From a virus (taxonomy: Duplodnaviria; Caudoviricetes): 55,056 nucleotides of DNA. A program made the position numbers and the translations under genes. The DNA is taken from positions 1-55,056 of the IMG/VR virus record IMGVR_UViG_3300020396_000292, one strand, 5' to 3'. How positions within the stretch are numbered: position 1 is the stretch's first letter; every line of letters begins with the position of its first letter. The notes beneath the pieces are model-generated. The model was not told where the DNA came from and made no database searches. It saw only the letters and a program-made list of their open reading frames with translations. This document shows positions 1-7,683 of this stretch, piece by piece.

Positions 1-109
1 TCACCCTATTCCTAAAGCCTGTTACAGCTCTCTAGCTTGGCATCCTACTCGTTGATAGGCTTTGCTTAGATGGATAGGGCGCACTTGAGTTCACATGTGC
101 TGGTCGCTA

Positions 110-287
110 TAAGTACCTGGTTATCAGCGAGATAGGTAGCTTAAATTAGCTAACTGTCTGATTATCAGTGCGTTATATCTCAAAATGTCAAGGAGCGTTT
201 ATCTCTGGTTCAAAAATAGTCTAAATCAAACTACTGTGCAAGGGTAAAATGAAAATAATTTGTAACTGGCTGAGGTTCAGATACTTA
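110..287. promoter_or_regulatory. Three copies of a quasi-palindromic TAA-N4-TGA-N3-TCA-N4-TTA (IHF-like) motif
   Basis: taagtacctggttatcag (110-127), taactgtctgattatcagtgcgtta (151-175), taactggctgaggttcagatactta (263-287); half-sites resemble the IHF consensus YAANNNNTTGATW. Confidence 0.5.
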
Positions 288-479
288 TTTTTGATTTTTT
301 TTGTTGTTTATATTCATTCTAAATAAGAATTGTCTCAGATGGCGTGATTTCGCAGTCAAATTGCTTAGAGTCAGAGGCTTACGGGGATATTGCTCCCCAT
401 GGATTGTTTAAGCTCCGCCAGATGGCGCAGAGGTTAAGGCGTATCTCTACGCTCTTAAGGAGTATATACTACCTAGTAC

Positions 480-592
480 GGGGGATATGGGGGATGTATG
501 GGGCAGGAAGTCTGCAATGTGGGGGCAGGAGCAGGGGGCAGGAGCAGGGGCTCACACAGGGAGGGAGGGAGGGATAGGGCAGGGGGGAAGGG
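480..592 (+). repeat. G-rich tract with many GGG+ runs and tandem GGGGGCAGGAGCA and GGGA repeats
   Basis: Read directly; strongly strand-biased G runs in an otherwise AT-rich genome. Confidence 0.8.
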
Positions 593-756
593 CTATAATA
601 AAAAGCTAAAAAAACCAGAAAGAAAAAATCAAAATGATTAGGGGGGGTGCTAAAAAAAAATTGCTTTCCGCTGAGGGGTCAGTCGCGTAGAATGCTTTAG
701 AACCTAATGGTTATGGGTATCTAAAAAATTTTGTATCTTTACAAAAACTTTGAGAT

Positions 757-948
757 ATGGAATACGGTAACATGAATGATTATACTATAAAGGGTGGTAG
801 ATTAATAAACAATGCACCAGAGTGTGAGATGGGTATTACGAAAGCTGCTCGTATGAGAAAACAAATGAAGCGAGCTGAAAAGGTTCGCATGATAGCTGAG
901 GGTAACGAAATGGCCAGAGCTAACATAGACTTATTTAAGAAGCTATGA
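757..948 (+). CDS. Hypothetical protein (63 aa)
   Basis: ORF preceded by promoter-like tatcttta (734-741) and followed by a terminator. Confidence 0.65.
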   Translation: MEYGNMNDYTIKGGRLINNAPECEMGITKAARMRKQMKRAEKVRMIAEGNEMARANIDLFKKL

Positions 949-985
949 TTACATAGTGTTTGATGAATAGGCTAACGCCTAGAAG

Positions 986-1013
986 AAGGAGGGGTTGTGC
1001 CCTCTTTTTTTTT
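986..1013 (+). terminator. Rho-independent terminator
   Basis: gaggg-gttgtg-ccctc stem followed by a T run. Confidence 0.7.
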
Positions 1014-1020
1014 GCGATAG

Positions 1021-1192
1021 TGTTAAGGCGATGTTGAGTTTGTGTTGAGTTTGTGTTGAGTTTAATTAGTTAACTACTTGATTATCAGAACCAATGTTAA
1101 GAATGTTATAGAAAAAGTCAGAACGTCAAAAATTTTTAACGCTATTAAAATATAAATATATATATATATATAGAGAACAATAACTTCGACAT
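1021..1192. repeat. Origin-like locus A: 11-bp tandem repeats TGTTGAGTTTG, IHF-like site, (TA)n tract, inverted copy
   Basis: Repeats start at 1021 (degenerate), 1032, 1043, 1054; TAACTACTTGATT at 1071; TA tract about 1150-1172; inverted ttcgacat 1185-1192. Confidence 0.7.
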
Positions 1193-1338
1193 TATATATC
1201 TAGAGTAACTGTGGCAATAAGTAAGTATAACCTGAATGTGAAGTAGTCGTGTTTGTCATCGGGCTTGATAGCTTCCCATCCAAAAAGAAGTCTATCATGT
1301 GGGAAATGAAATTCAATTAAAAGTTGCCAGTCGCTCAT
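1192..1338 (-). CDS. Small hypothetical protein (48 aa, MSDWQLLIEFHFPHDRLLFGWE...)
   Basis: Hand-translated, below ORF-track cutoff; clean ATG to TAA, divergent from groEL. Confidence 0.6.
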   Translation of the reverse strand: MSDWQLLIEFHFPHDRLLFGWEAIKPDDKHDYFTFRLYLLIATVTLDI

Positions 1339-1354
1339 ATTAAATATTTTTTTA

Positions 1355-1362
1355 TACCTTTG
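1355..1362 (+). promoter_or_regulatory. Bacteroidota-type -7 promoter element (TACCTTTG) for groEL
   Basis: Matches TAnnTTTG, 25 nt before the groEL ATG. Confidence 0.65.
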
Positions 1363-1387
1363 CTAAAATAATAAAATTAAATCAAAT

Positions 1388-2989
1388 ATGCAAAATGGAT
1401 TTTCACCTAAGGAGCTTCGCTTCGGTAAGGATGGTAGGGATAAACTTATCTCAGGAATTACAAAATTATCAAACGCTGTTAAGAGCACTCTTGGTCCTCA
1501 AGGTAACACAGTGTTAATAGAATCAGAAGAACATGTTGGAGGCATTACTGTTACGAAAGATGGAGTAACTGTAGCTAGGTCTATTAACCTAATCGACCCT
1601 GTCGAGAACCTGGCGGTTCGTATGATGAAGGAGGCTGCTGATAAGACAGCTACTTCTGCTGGTGACGGAACTACAACTGCGATAGTATTAACTGAGGCTT
1701 TAGTTAAGATGGGTACGGAGCTTATAGGCGATGATGTAAACAGGACAGAGGTGCTTCGGCATATCAATGAAATTACGAAAGAGGTTGTACTTGGTCTGAA
1801 AGATGAATCTAAAAAATTATCAAAGAAGAAGATGAGGGACGTTGCTATTATATCAGCGAACAATGACAAGGACCTTGGTACTACAATAGCTAATGTATAT
1901 AAGCAGGTTGGTAAAGATGGTGTGGTTACTGTAGAGAAATCACAAACAAGTAAAACATATTATGAAACGACAGACGGAATAAAGATTGACAGAGGGTATT
2001 CGTCTCCGTTGTTTATTAACGACCAGAAAAAAGATGAGTGTGTGCTAGAGGATGTTTTTATTATGGTGTCTGATGCTGAGATAAGCAACATACTTCAGAT
2101 AGAAAATATACTAAAGCCAATCATCCAGAAGAACCAGAAGCTTCTTATCATAGCGCCAACATCTGTGAATGTAATAAACACATTGGCCGCTAATGTAATG
2201 AAGAACAATTTAAAGATATGTAATATCGCTCCACCAAACTTTGGATACAAGCAGCACGAGCTGATGCAGGACATTGCGTATACAGTAGGGGCAACATATT
2301 TTTCAGAGAAGACTGGGGATGACCTTAGCATTATAACCGCTGAGGATTTGGGTCATGCTGCCAAGGTGATAGTTGGTCGTGGCTCAACAGTTATCCTAAA
2401 GGATGATTCAGAAAAGAATAAAGACATAGACAAAAGAGTTAAAGAGCTTAGGGATGCATGTGATATAGCAAAAACAAAAAACGAAAAAGACTTTATCATG
2501 TCACGCATAGCTTCGCTAACTGGAGGTATAGGTGTCATATATGTAGGAGGAAACACAGACCTTGAACAGAAGGAGCTGTATGATAGAGTGGATGATGCGG
2601 TATGTGCGGTACGTTCAGCTCTAGAAGAGGGAATACTTCCTGGAGGTGGGATGACTCTTTGGACATTGGGATACGAAATATGTGAACCATGTTCACCGAC
2701 AGCCGATGAAAAGATTGCTGCCAATATAATGAAGTATGCTTTGCAAGCACCAGCTAGACAAATCATTGCTAACTCAGGAAAAGATTTTAAATCTATATAT
2801 CCTAAGCTACCATCCTCAGGAGAAGGTTATGATTTAAAGAATTCTAAATACGGAAACCTCATCGACATGGGAGTTATAGACCCGTTGAAAGTAACAAGGA
2901 CTGCACTTGAAAACGCAGTGTCGGTTGCGACTACTATACTTTCAACTAATGCTATTGTAACAATGGCACGTTCATACGAAACAAATTAA
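1388..2989 (+). CDS. groEL: Chaperonin GroEL (phage-encoded)
   Basis: TLGPQG, VTKDGVTVA, AGDGTTTA, ALEEGILPGGG and GVIDPLKV motifs; no C-terminal GGM tail. Confidence 0.97.
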   Translation: MQNGFSPKELRFGKDGRDKLISGITKLSNAVKSTLGPQGNTVLIESEEHVGGITVTKDGVTVARSINLIDPVENLAVRMMKEAADKTATSAGDGTTTAIVLTEALVKMGTELIGDDVNRTEVLRHINEITKEVVLGLKDESKKLSKKKMRDVAIISANNDKDLGTTIANVYKQVGKDGVVTVEKSQTSKTYYETTDGIKIDRGYSSPLFINDQKKDECVLEDVFIMVSDAEISNILQIENILKPIIQKNQKLLIIAPTSVNVINTLAANVMKNNLKICNIAPPNFGYKQHELMQDIAYTVGATYFSEKTGDDLSIITAEDLGHAAKVIVGRGSTVILKDDSEKNKDIDKRVKELRDACDIAKTKNEKDFIMSRIASLTGGIGVIYVGGNTDLEQKELYDRVDDAVCAVRSALEEGILPGGGMTLWTLGYEICEPCSPTADEKIAANIMKYALQAPARQIIANSGKDFKSIYPKLPSSGEGYDLKNSKYGNLIDMGVIDPLKVTRTALENAVSVATTILSTNAIVTMARSYETN

Positions 2990-2995
2990 ATCAAT

Positions 2996-3049
2996 GGGTG
3001 TAACTGTTAGCTTTTAAACTTGGTCGTTGCGGAGCGAGTCAGAGCACCC
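2996..3049 (+). ncRNA. Structured RNA hairpin, Flavo-1-like candidate
   Basis: gggtg/caccc closing stem, bulged inner stems (ctg/cag, gct/agc, aac/gtt) and TTGGTC loop, in an intergenic position. Confidence 0.5.
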
Positions 3050-3071
3050 TTTATAACTTAAAACAATAATT

Positions 3072-3221
3072 ATGGATAATGAAATATTTGACTATTACAG
3101 ACAGAATCAATTTAAAATAAAAGAAGCTATACGCCTATTAAAAAAGAATGGGTACAATGTATACAAAGCACATCAAAACCTAGGTATAAAAATTACAGAA
3201 GATGAATTGTCCGCGATGTAA
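3072..3221 (+). CDS. Small hypothetical protein (49 aa, MDNEIFDYYRQNQFKIKEAIRLLKKNGY...)
   Basis: Hand-translated; A-rich start context. Confidence 0.6.
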   Translation: MDNEIFDYYRQNQFKIKEAIRLLKKNGYNVYKAHQNLGIKITEDELSAM

Positions 3222-3354
3222 TAAAGAAGCAATATGGGGAGCAGACCATAGCTATGAGGATTATGGATTAGAAGGCGAAGGAATAGTATCAAACCTTTCA
3301 TGCCCTAACGATGACTGCTCAGTAGAAACAATTTTAATTTATGAAACATTATGA
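3202..3354 (+). CDS. Small zinc-ribbon protein (50 aa, MNCPRC...SCPNDDC)
   Basis: Hand-translated; CxxC...CxxxxC; stop overlaps the groES start (ATGA). Confidence 0.7.
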   Translation: MNCPRCNKEAIWGADHSYEDYGLEGEGIVSNLSCPNDDCSVETILIYETL

Positions 3355-3608
3355 AACTAATAGGAAGAAACTTATTAATAACAGAAATTAAGGAAGAGGT
3401 TAAGACATCGTCAGGATTATTACTATCCACTGAAGACGTATCTAAATTTAGATACAGTAAAGGTAGAGTAGATAGTGTCGGGTCTGATGTTAATATAATT
3501 AATGCTGGAGATGAAATCTATTACGACAAGTCTAATAGCCACAAGATGATTATAAATGACGAGAAGTATACTATAATTCAAGAGTCTTCGGTTGTTGTAG
3601 TCCTATAA
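3351..3608 (+). CDS. groES: Co-chaperonin GroES
   Basis: 85 aa, mobile loop KTSSGLLL, G-x-V-x-x-VG, GDEIYY; near groEL. Confidence 0.9.
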   Translation: MKLIGRNLLITEIKEEVKTSSGLLLSTEDVSKFRYSKGRVDSVGSDVNIINAGDEIYYDKSNSHKMIINDEKYTIIQESSVVVVL

Positions 3609-3986
3609 CTTTTCTGGATATAAAATATGTAATGAGTAGTTTAAAAACAGTTCTTCTCCTTTCAGTATTACTTGTGTTGCCTTTGCTACTAAGTCATTTG
3701 TTTCATTATATAAAAAACAAATATTGGGATAGTTAGAGTGGTTGGTGTATCTGCCTATGTATGTTTTATATTTATTATCTATAGAAGCCATTCCTATAAT
3801 TTCACCCTTAGCTATATCTTTCTTAGCGAACATACCGTATCCATGAACCTTTGATTGTTTACAGTAGACAGACTCGTAGTTTATTCTCACAACAGAACCA
3901 GTCTCTGATAATTCATCAAGTTCTTCTATTGTTATGTTCAGTGCATCAAGCGCAGGCTGAATGTCAAACTTATTTTTTTGATTCAC
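3603..3986 (-). CDS. SET-domain protein (putative lysine methyltransferase)
   Basis: SKVHGYGMFAKKDIAKGE, GRYTNHS-x-x-PN and ILKGEELFLNY are the SET signature motifs. Confidence 0.9.
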   Translation of the reverse strand: MNQKNKFDIQPALDALNITIEELDELSETGSVVRINYESVYCKQSKVHGYGMFAKKDIAKGEIIGMASIDNKYKTYIGRYTNHSNYPNICFLYNETNDLVAKATQVILKGEELFLNYSLHILYPEKL

Positions 3987-4401
3987 GAATTTCTTTATTA
4001 AGTTCTATTATAAAATTTCGATACACCTTGTCGGTGTATGATACGTTCTTGGCGAACATAGGATTAAAGGAAGTGCTTGTTGGAATTTCTTTTCCTTCTA
4101 GCTTATCGTATATACCGCTAATTATTCTTACGGTCTTATATGATAGCTGATAGATTCCTCTTTTGTTTTTAGAAGCTTTCCTAAATACTTCAATCCACTT
4201 ATCTCGAAGCAGCTTATCAAATCTATTAACGTCCCAAGACAGTAGTTCATCAAACTCTTCAAACCTGTCTTTAGAAAAATATTTTTCAGAGTAAAGAAAC
4301 AACAGCACATCTAAGTCTGCCTGTGTTAATCCATATTTAGCTTTTATAAAATATCGTATAACTCTCCAGTACTTTAGATAATTAGAATTAGAATTAGACA
4401 T
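3970..4401 (-). CDS. Putative winged-helix (MarR-like) DNA-binding protein; start re-called at 4401
   Basis: YGLTQADLDVLLFLY...FDKLLRDKWIEV...IYQLS; the longer ORF-track N-terminus is antisense to + strand genes. Confidence 0.65.
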   Translation of the reverse strand: MSNSNSNYLKYWRVIRYFIKAKYGLTQADLDVLLFLYSEKYFSKDRFEEFDELLSWDVNRFDKLLRDKWIEVFRKASKNKRGIYQLSYKTVRIISGIYDKLEGKEIPTSTSFNPMFAKNVSYTDKVYRNFIIELNKEIRESKK

Positions 4402-4414
4402 AAATAAAATTTTG

Positions 4415-4422
4415 TAACTTTG
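4415..4422 (+). promoter_or_regulatory. -7 promoter element TAACTTTG
   Basis: TAnnTTTG in the 40-nt divergent gap before 4442. Confidence 0.6.
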
Positions 4423-4441
4423 CAATAAAGATAATAAAACT

Positions 4442-4672
4442 ATGCCAGATAAACCAGAAAAAGAAACGGGAAAAGAAACGGGGATTAATAAAGAAGCACT
4501 AGACGCTTTAAATTTTAAGAACAATATTCTAGCCAAACTTCGAGCGACTAAGAATAAAAAGAAGACTAATACTAAAAGTACAAATAAGAAAACAACAGCT
4601 TCTATACGGGGACTAGGAAGATTAGGACAACACTCTAAGGCGTATAGAAAAAGAAATACTAGAACAGCATAA
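4442..4672 (+). CDS. Small basic (Lys/Arg-rich) protein
   Basis: 76 aa, follows a promoter motif, stop overlaps the next start. Confidence 0.65.
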   Translation: MPDKPEKETGKETGINKEALDALNFKNNILAKLRATKNKKKTNTKSTNKKTTASIRGLGRLGQHSKAYRKRNTRTA

Positions 4673-4830
4673 TGGGAACAGGTATAGGAAACGGAAATGG
4701 AATACCATTTCAAGAGAGGCGCAATGAAGATATTCCAGAGATATGCTTTATAATAACCGAGGATGATGATTTCTGTGAACAAGAAGTAGTGATTGGAGAT
4801 AGTAGAATGAAACCAGAGCTCTGTATATAA
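4672..4830 (+). CDS. Small protein MGTGIGNGNGIPF... (52 aa), possible head-spike or fibre anchor peptide
   Basis: Hand-translated; G-x-G-x-G N-terminus, acidic Cys-containing C-terminus. Confidence 0.6.
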   Translation: MGTGIGNGNGIPFQERRNEDIPEICFIITEDDDFCEQEVVIGDSRMKPELCI

Positions 4831-4851
4831 TAAAAAATAAAATAATTAAAG

Positions 4852-5592
4852 ATGGCGAATAAAAAATTTTCACAGTTTGTTGCAACAGTAAATCAAGATG
4901 ACGTAGATTTTCTAGTTGGATACAAAGACTTAGACAACATGCAGATACCTACAGATAGAGTGGGTGTCTTTTATACCTTAGATGCAAACGAAGTTGGAAC
5001 TAACGAGGTTGATATAGAACTAACAGGTTCTGATAATTCAATTAGTGACATTCAATTAAAAGGTGAGAACGGAATAGAAATCTCTGAGTCCGCAGGACAA
5101 ATAACAATCTCCAGAGAAAGAGGAGCATTGTTTTCTGTAGTAGGTATATGGAAGAATTTATTTGGTGGTGACCCAGGAATATTTGGAGATACGCTAGAGT
5201 TTGCAGCATCAGCATCTCCTGTAGCGGCAAACAGCTCTGTGTTTCAAGTACCTTTTGATTGTAAGCTTGTATCTGCTAGTATGAAGTGGATACACGACAC
5301 AGCTTTAAACAACATAGCAGCTGGAACATCATGGGATGTATCTGTTAGAACAATGATAAATAATCAAGCTTCTGCTACAGACACATCAAATTATAGCGCA
5401 GTATCAACATTGCTCCCAGGATTATCATTAACTCAGGTTGACACAGGGACCTTCCCTAATAAAACATTTACTGGTAATATATTATTATCAGCAGGAGACA
5501 TAATAAATATAAGTGGAACAATCAATGGTGGAACTATTCCAGCAGATGATGCAGAGATGGAAGCTTACTTAATTTTTGAACAAATATTATAA
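4852..5592 (+). CDS. Putative virion fibre or decoration protein
   Basis: 246 aa, beta-rich; MANKKFSQF...DFLVG N-terminus typical of fibre attachment segments. Confidence 0.55.
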   Translation: MANKKFSQFVATVNQDDVDFLVGYKDLDNMQIPTDRVGVFYTLDANEVGTNEVDIELTGSDNSISDIQLKGENGIEISESAGQITISRERGALFSVVGIWKNLFGGDPGIFGDTLEFAASASPVAANSSVFQVPFDCKLVSASMKWIHDTALNNIAAGTSWDVSVRTMINNQASATDTSNYSAVSTLLPGLSLTQVDTGTFPNKTFTGNILLSAGDIINISGTINGGTIPADDAEMEAYLIFEQIL

Positions 5593-5751
5593 ATGGCAAA
5601 GAAGGGAAGAACAAAAGGAAATAAAATTTGTGCAGCTGGAATTTCATGGGCAAAGAGAACCTTTGACACATACCCTTCAGCCTATGCGAATATGGCTGCG
5701 AGTAAGTACTGTAAAGACCCTAACTACGCTAAGAAATCTAAAAAGAAATAA
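5593..5751 (+). CDS. Small basic protein (52 aa, ...ICAAGISWAKRTFDTYPSAYANMAASKYCK...)
   Basis: Hand-translated; YPSAYAN motif recalled from small phage proteins (DUF5872-like). Confidence 0.75.
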   Translation: MAKKGRTKGNKICAAGISWAKRTFDTYPSAYANMAASKYCKDPNYAKKSKKK

Positions 5752-5752
5752 T

Positions 5753-5872
5753 ATGGCAAAGAAATTCAAAACACACATGATGTGCAAGAAAGACAAGTGT
5801 ATAAAGGTCACTTCTATGGCAGAACATTTTAAATTAAAAAAAGACGGATATACTCATACTAAAAAGAAATAA
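5753..5872 (+). CDS. Small basic protein (39 aa, MAKKFKTHMMCKKDKC...GYTH)
   Basis: Re-called start of ORF-track 5576..5872, 1 nt after the previous stop. Confidence 0.7.
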   Translation: MAKKFKTHMMCKKDKCIKVTSMAEHFKLKKDGYTHTKKK

Positions 5873-5874
5873 TT

Positions 5875-6036
5875 ATGCCAACAGTAAAATATAGTTGTCC
5901 AGATACTGGAAAGTCAATGAAAAAAAGTTTTCCTTACAATGCAGTAGGAAAAGCTCAAGCGCACACATTTGCAAAAACTATGGGTGGTTCTATGAAGAAT
6001 AATCCCAATACAAAAATGACAGAAGAAGGTTACTAA
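5875..6036 (+). CDS. Small basic protein (53 aa, MPTVKYSCPDTGK...FPYNAVGKAQA)
   Basis: Hand-translated; fills the gap exactly, TAATG overlap with next gene. Confidence 0.75.
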   Translation: MPTVKYSCPDTGKSMKKSFPYNAVGKAQAHTFAKTMGGSMKNNPNTKMTEEGY

Positions 6037-6281
6037 TGGGAGAGCTTAAGAAATGGAGAGATGAGAAGTGGGTGCGCATAGGACTTGATGGCTCTATCAA
6101 AGGAGCTTGTGGTACAAGTAAAGACACTAAGAATCCTGACCGTTGTTTACCAATAGCAAAAGCAAAAAGTATGACTAAAGCACAAAGAGCTAAGACAGCT
6201 CGTAAGAAGAAAGCCTCAAAAAAAACTGTTGTAGCTAATACACCTAGAGCAAGAGTAACTAAAAAATATACAAAAAGATGA
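6036..6281 (+). CDS. Small basic protein, DUF5872-like
   Basis: LKKWRDEKWV...CG...RCLP..KA...RKK pattern. Confidence 0.75.
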   Translation: MGELKKWRDEKWVRIGLDGSIKGACGTSKDTKNPDRCLPIAKAKSMTKAQRAKTARKKKASKKTVVANTPRARVTKKYTKR

Positions 6282-6649
6282 GTTGTAAAGGATTGACAGG
6301 AAGGGCATTAGCTAAATGTAAATTAAAAGCTGGAAAAATTAAAAGAGATTCTATTAGAACAAATAGAAGGTTTTCAAATTCTACAAACCCAGGTGTCTAT
6401 GCTAAGCCCGATAATACACCAGCTGGTATTGCAAGAGGAAGAAAGTTTGAAAAAGAAAACGACTATGAGGGTTGGAAATCAATGAAACGACTTGAGAAAA
6501 AACAAAACAGAATAAATAATATCGGAAGACCTACTCAAAGAACCTCAGCTCAAAAGAAAGAGTTGACTAAACTTTACAACTATACTGACATATATAATAA
6601 GAAGTATAAAGTAAGAGACTCTATACCTTTAAGTAAGACTCAGTTTTAA
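6278..6649 (+). CDS. Basic hypothetical protein (123 aa)
   Basis: MSC-x(10)-KC N-terminus, similar to 7352; ATGA overlap. Confidence 0.7.
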   Translation: MSCKGLTGRALAKCKLKAGKIKRDSIRTNRRFSNSTNPGVYAKPDNTPAGIARGRKFEKENDYEGWKSMKRLEKKQNRINNIGRPTQRTSAQKKELTKLYNYTDIYNKKYKVRDSIPLSKTQF

Positions 6650-6658
6650 TGAATAATT

Positions 6659-6913
6659 ATGGCAAAACCAAGAAGGGGAAAGGCAAAAGTAAAAATTACT
6701 TCAAGTGGTAAAAAAGTAAGCTACGGCCAAGCAGGTAAAGCCAAAGGTGGTGGTCCCAGAGTAAGACCTGGTACATCTAAGGGCGATAGCTATTGCGCAA
6801 GGAGCTTAGGAATAAAGAGGGGTTTGTCTAGAAAAAAAGCAAACGACCCCAACACTCCAAACAATTTATCTCGGAAGAGATGGAAGTGTGTTGGTGCAAA
6901 GTCTAAAAAATAA
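6659..6913 (+). CDS. Small basic protein, DUF6321-like
   Basis: KKVSYGQAG...SYCARS...DPNTPNNLSRKRWKC. Confidence 0.75.
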   Translation: MAKPRRGKAKVKITSSGKKVSYGQAGKAKGGGPRVRPGTSKGDSYCARSLGIKRGLSRKKANDPNTPNNLSRKRWKCVGAKSKK

Positions 6914-6916
6914 ATT

Positions 6917-7060
6917 ATGCTATTTAACAATTTTACAAAACAATTACCTCAAAACAATTTTAAAAAACGTGACGTATTTTTAGTAAATAAGCTTCAGAAA
7001 GGTTTAAGTAAAATTGGTAAGACAGCAAGTGTTTTATCTAAGATACGTGGAATAATTTAA
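6917..7060 (+). CDS. Small basic protein (47 aa)
   Basis: Hand-translated MLFNNFTKQLPQNNFKKRDV... Confidence 0.55.
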   Translation: MLFNNFTKQLPQNNFKKRDVFLVNKLQKGLSKIGKTASVLSKIRGII

Positions 7061-7088
7061 ATTGGAAAATACTAATAGAAAATATTAG

Positions 7089-7096
7089 TATCTTTG
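7089..7096 (+). promoter_or_regulatory. -7 promoter element TATCTTTG
   Basis: Intergenic, 32 nt before 7129. Confidence 0.65.
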
Positions 7097-7128
7097 TACA
7101 ATGAGTAACTTTAAAAAAAAATAAGAAA

Positions 7129-7347
7129 ATGAAACAAGGATATAATTCTAGACTAGATGAGTCTATGGCTGCAAAGAATGGAAAGAAATCTCAATCTATG
7201 AAATCTCGTAGAGACGAATCAAAGGCAATGTCTAAAAAAGATTATGGTCATTCTTACGGTGGAGACCATAGCATGAGCTATGAGCATCAGTGTATTGCTA
7301 AAGGAAAAGTAGGAGCTCACCTCTCATCTGTTATTAAGAAAAGATAA
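7129..7347 (+). CDS. Small basic protein (MKQGYNSRLDES...)
   Basis: 72 aa ORF with A-rich start context. Confidence 0.75.
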   Translation: MKQGYNSRLDESMAAKNGKKSQSMKSRRDESKAMSKKDYGHSYGGDHSMSYEHQCIAKGKVGAHLSSVIKKR

Positions 7348-7351
7348 ATAT

Positions 7352-7558
7352 ATGTCATGTAATTCTATTAAGGACCCGTACAAGAAATCAAAGTGTATGG
7401 AAGCCCAAAGGCTTCTAGATAAGCATGTAGCTACTGAAGCGTTAGGAGGTAAAGGAAATAACACAAAGAAGGTCACTATGCATTATGGTCACGGAAAGAC
7501 AAGAGACTCAATTACTTTTAACGACAAAACTGTTAACAGAGTACTGAAAAATAAATAA
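7352..7558 (+). CDS. Small basic protein (68 aa)
   Basis: Tightly packed ORF; MSC...KC start. Confidence 0.65.
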   Translation: MSCNSIKDPYKKSKCMEAQRLLDKHVATEALGGKGNNTKKVTMHYGHGKTRDSITFNDKTVNRVLKNK

Positions 7559-7683
7559 TGGGAAAAAGATTTTTACTTTTTTTAAAAAAAGAATGGAACT
7601 CATTAATGTATAAATTGATGTTTAAAAATTACGAACCATGTACTGTGTGCATGGGTGATAGTAAAAAATGCAACTGTAAATAA
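7558..7683 (+). CDS. Small Cys-rich protein (41 aa, ...PCTVCMGDSKKCNCK)
   Basis: Hand-translated; TAATG overlaps on both sides. Confidence 0.7.
   Translation: MGKRFLLFLKKEWNSLMYKLMFKNYEPCTVCMGDSKKCNCK

Noticed and set aside
344-577. 77-aa ORF in the left region
   Set aside because: GTG start and a translation dominated by the G-run tract; more likely non-coding
1021-1064. Tandem repeats as a CRISPR array
   Set aside because: 11-bp head-to-tail units without spacers; no cas genes (the 51906 nuclease sits with Sak and SSB as a recombination module)
2996-3049. tRNA after groEL
   Set aside because: Too short, no TTC T-loop and no cloverleaf; folds as a single hairpin
4402-4782. Hydrophobic N-terminal extension of ORF 3970..4782
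   Set aside because: Antisense shadow of the A-rich plus-strand genes at 4442 and 4672
5576-5752. N-terminal extension of ORF-track 5576..5872
   Set aside because: Overlaps the better gene 5593-5751 in another frame; the real start is probably 5753
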